NCBI GenBank assembly: GCA_032718475.1
Contig: JAUCBJ010000142.1
Span: 1-52,364, forward strand
Direction of reading: 5' to 3'
Length of the DNA: 52,364 nt
Source of the DNA: Nemertoderma westbladi
Lineage: Eukaryota > Animalia > Xenacoelomorpha
In this document: one piece after another, positions 50,341 through 52,364 of the stretch
Layout: the number at the start of each line of letters is the position of its first letter
Position numbering within the stretch: position 1 is the first letter of the stretch
Program-made: the position numbers and the translations under genes
The notes under the pieces: model-generated
Seen by the model: only the letters and a program-made list of their open reading frames with translations
Databases searched by the model: none
What the model was told of the DNA's origin: nothing

Positions 50341-50799
50341 TACCTTCACTTACTTCACTACTCTTCTCGAGGTACAGTATTAAGGCTCTCCATACCCAGG
50401 TTTTTCCTGGCTGTTTAATTTGTCCGATGTGATCAATGTGGACTTTGTTCTAAATTGCTTGCGCTGTAATATTACTTTTCCCAGCAAAGTCAAACGCATC
50501 CAGGAATTCCTCAATCAATCACTCATGGTGTAATCTGCATCATCATTTTTATAGTTTCTGATTTATGACTTACTCCCCAATGGTGATCCCACCCCTCATA
50601 TCATATTTTATGGTGGTGCACTTTGTTTATAGTTTCACTTAATGACCAACCCTTATACTATGTTTTCAATGTGTCTTGAATTTTACTACCATATGTATGT
50701 ACAGAAGTAAGCTGATGCCATTGGATTTTATCTTTTAATTTTAATTTGCCGGCAATGACTGGATTATTTTTGTATATTCCTTTAACATTTCTGTATATT

Positions 50800-51610
50800 C
50801 CGCATTTCTAGATGCATCCAAAGCATTTGATCGTGTAAATCTGTAAACCACTATAAATTGTTTAGGAAATTGCTTAATATTCATGTCCCTGTATGTATCG
50901 TGCGCACCCTACTAAGTCTCATTGCGTGTATTTTTTGCCAAATTGTTTAGGTCGAGCTGGTGACGTTTTCATTAACGGTAAATTACTTTCCTGTGTTAAA
51001 GAGATATCTTACCTAGGACATACTATAAGCATAAGCTGTAATCTTTCTGATGAATCTGACATTATGCACATGCGCAGTAATATGTATTGTCGAGGAAACC
51101 AATTAGCCCAACACTTTTCGCATTGTTCGTTCTCCGTTAAAGTACAGCTCTTCCAATCTTTTTATTACTTACAGTTTATATTGTTGCTCATTATGGTCGA
51201 TTTTTCGAGTAGAATGTTTGCATCAGATGAAGGTTTCATATAATACTGCTTTCTGTCTGATGTTCAAATATTCTAGAACTGATGATACTGATACTTAGTC
51301 TGTACTCAATAGGGTGAATACTTTTAAGTCAGTTCTGCGCTCCAACATTTATTCTATTTTTAACCGTGTACGTAAATCAAACAATGTTTTAGTTAGAGAA
51401 TGCTACAATAAGTGTTGTGATTCCTCAATTCTAATTGAGCGTTGGAATATTTTGATGGGCACCTTTGAGGTGATATTATGTAATGTTTGTAATCTATTAC
51501 AATAAAATTGTGCCATATGTATGTAAAATATATCTACAGTATATGTACTATGGGCTGAGTTCCGGAATATATAAATCAAATTATTAATAAATAATAATAA
51601 TAATAATATA
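50800..51610 (+). pseudogene. Heavily deleted non-LTR retrotransposon (RTE-X-like) with (TAA)n tail
   Basis: FLDASKAFDRVN, ISYLGH and YCRGNQLAQHFSHCSFSVKVQLF motifs. (AAT)n at ~51590-51608. Confidence 0.7.
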
Positions 51611-51659
51611 GGTAGAGTCTTGTCATATATTTTCCTTGTAGGGCTGACCTCGATTTTTG

Positions 51660-52307
51660 GTGGCTGCCCGAGCAAGTTGCTGAAATGATTTTTCCACTTC
51701 CCAACACATTCTTCAGGACTATCTGCTTTGAGGCGCCCCTTTGCACAAGTTTTCCGACCAGATACCTCATTTACAGTTTACCAGGTATGTCTTGATTGTT
51801 GCTGTACGTGAGCAGTTGTAATTTCTCCAATCTTGTCCTGTTGTACTTCTCCTGGCTGATGTTGTAGGCCAATTTAAGATCTTCCTTAGTTTCTCAACCT
51901 TGTTCATGTTTTCGGTTGTTGGTTGTTCGGTTTTAACTTTGTAGGCTATCTTAAGATCTTCTCTCTTACAAGTAACCTCAGAGTTTTGCCATGGCACATA
52001 CTGTTTTCATTTGGGTTTCTGGGGAATATTGGCTCATTCCTTGTGGGCCTTTATTATAATCTGGTATATTGAATCGGTGGACTGGTCTTCATTCATTGAC
52101 TGAAGTACTTCAAAGCGATTTTGAACTTCTACTGTATAAGCATCCTTTACAGCATTGTCAGTTCTGAGTTTCTCCCAGTCATAGTTGATTTGCTTGCTTG
52201 TTCTGGGTTTGCTGGCTCTCAAACTGAGTCTGATCTCTACAGTCACAATTCTGTGGTCCGAACCAATTAGGTTGAACGAGCTGTATGCCTCGCAGTTGAT
52301 CATACTG
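51660..52307 (-). pseudogene. RTE-like LINE fragment (endonuclease C-terminus and linker), cut by an LTR insertion
   Basis: AYSSFNLIGSDHRIV (SDH motif) and YTVEVQNRFEVL. Directly abuts the LTR at 52308. Confidence 0.8.
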
Positions 52308-52364
52308 TGTTCGCGCTTTCAGACCTTTGGCAGTTTAACCCGCCAAATTAGAATGTCTTCTAGA
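52308..52364 (-). mobile_element. End of another related LTR (diverged variant), cut by the window edge
   Basis: TGTTCGCGCTTTCAGACCTTTGGCAGTTTAACCCGCCAAATTAGAATGTCTTCTAGA matches 4582-4638 with about 5 substitutions. Confidence 0.88.

Overview
AT-rich, repeat-saturated eukaryotic (most likely invertebrate metazoan) DNA with no clearly intact host gene. The main feature is a 17.8-kb minus-strand BEL/Pao-type LTR retrotransposon (4582-22380) with near-identical ~1.22-kb LTRs. It keeps gag and protease but has lost RT, most of RNase H and integrase. It has no recognisable tRNA primer-binding site; instead a 12-nt sequence at the PBS position is exactly complementary to a 12-mer inside its own LTR, which suggests Tf1-like self-priming. 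Nested in it is a 5.1-kb TAG..CTA foldback DNA element with ~1.4-kb arms enclosing a decayed RTE-like LINE. Ends of two related LTRs lie at both window edges. The rest consists of RTE-like and other non-LTR fragments, four related DINE/HINE-like non-autonomous elements, a Crypton-like palindromic element, four tandem arrays (26, ~13, 43 and 18-20 bp units) that account for the giant ORFs at 1.6-3.0, 30.6-32.8 and 38.3-44.0 kb, and possible decayed exons of a secreted-protein gene (29.9-36.5 kb). All alignments and counts were done by eye.
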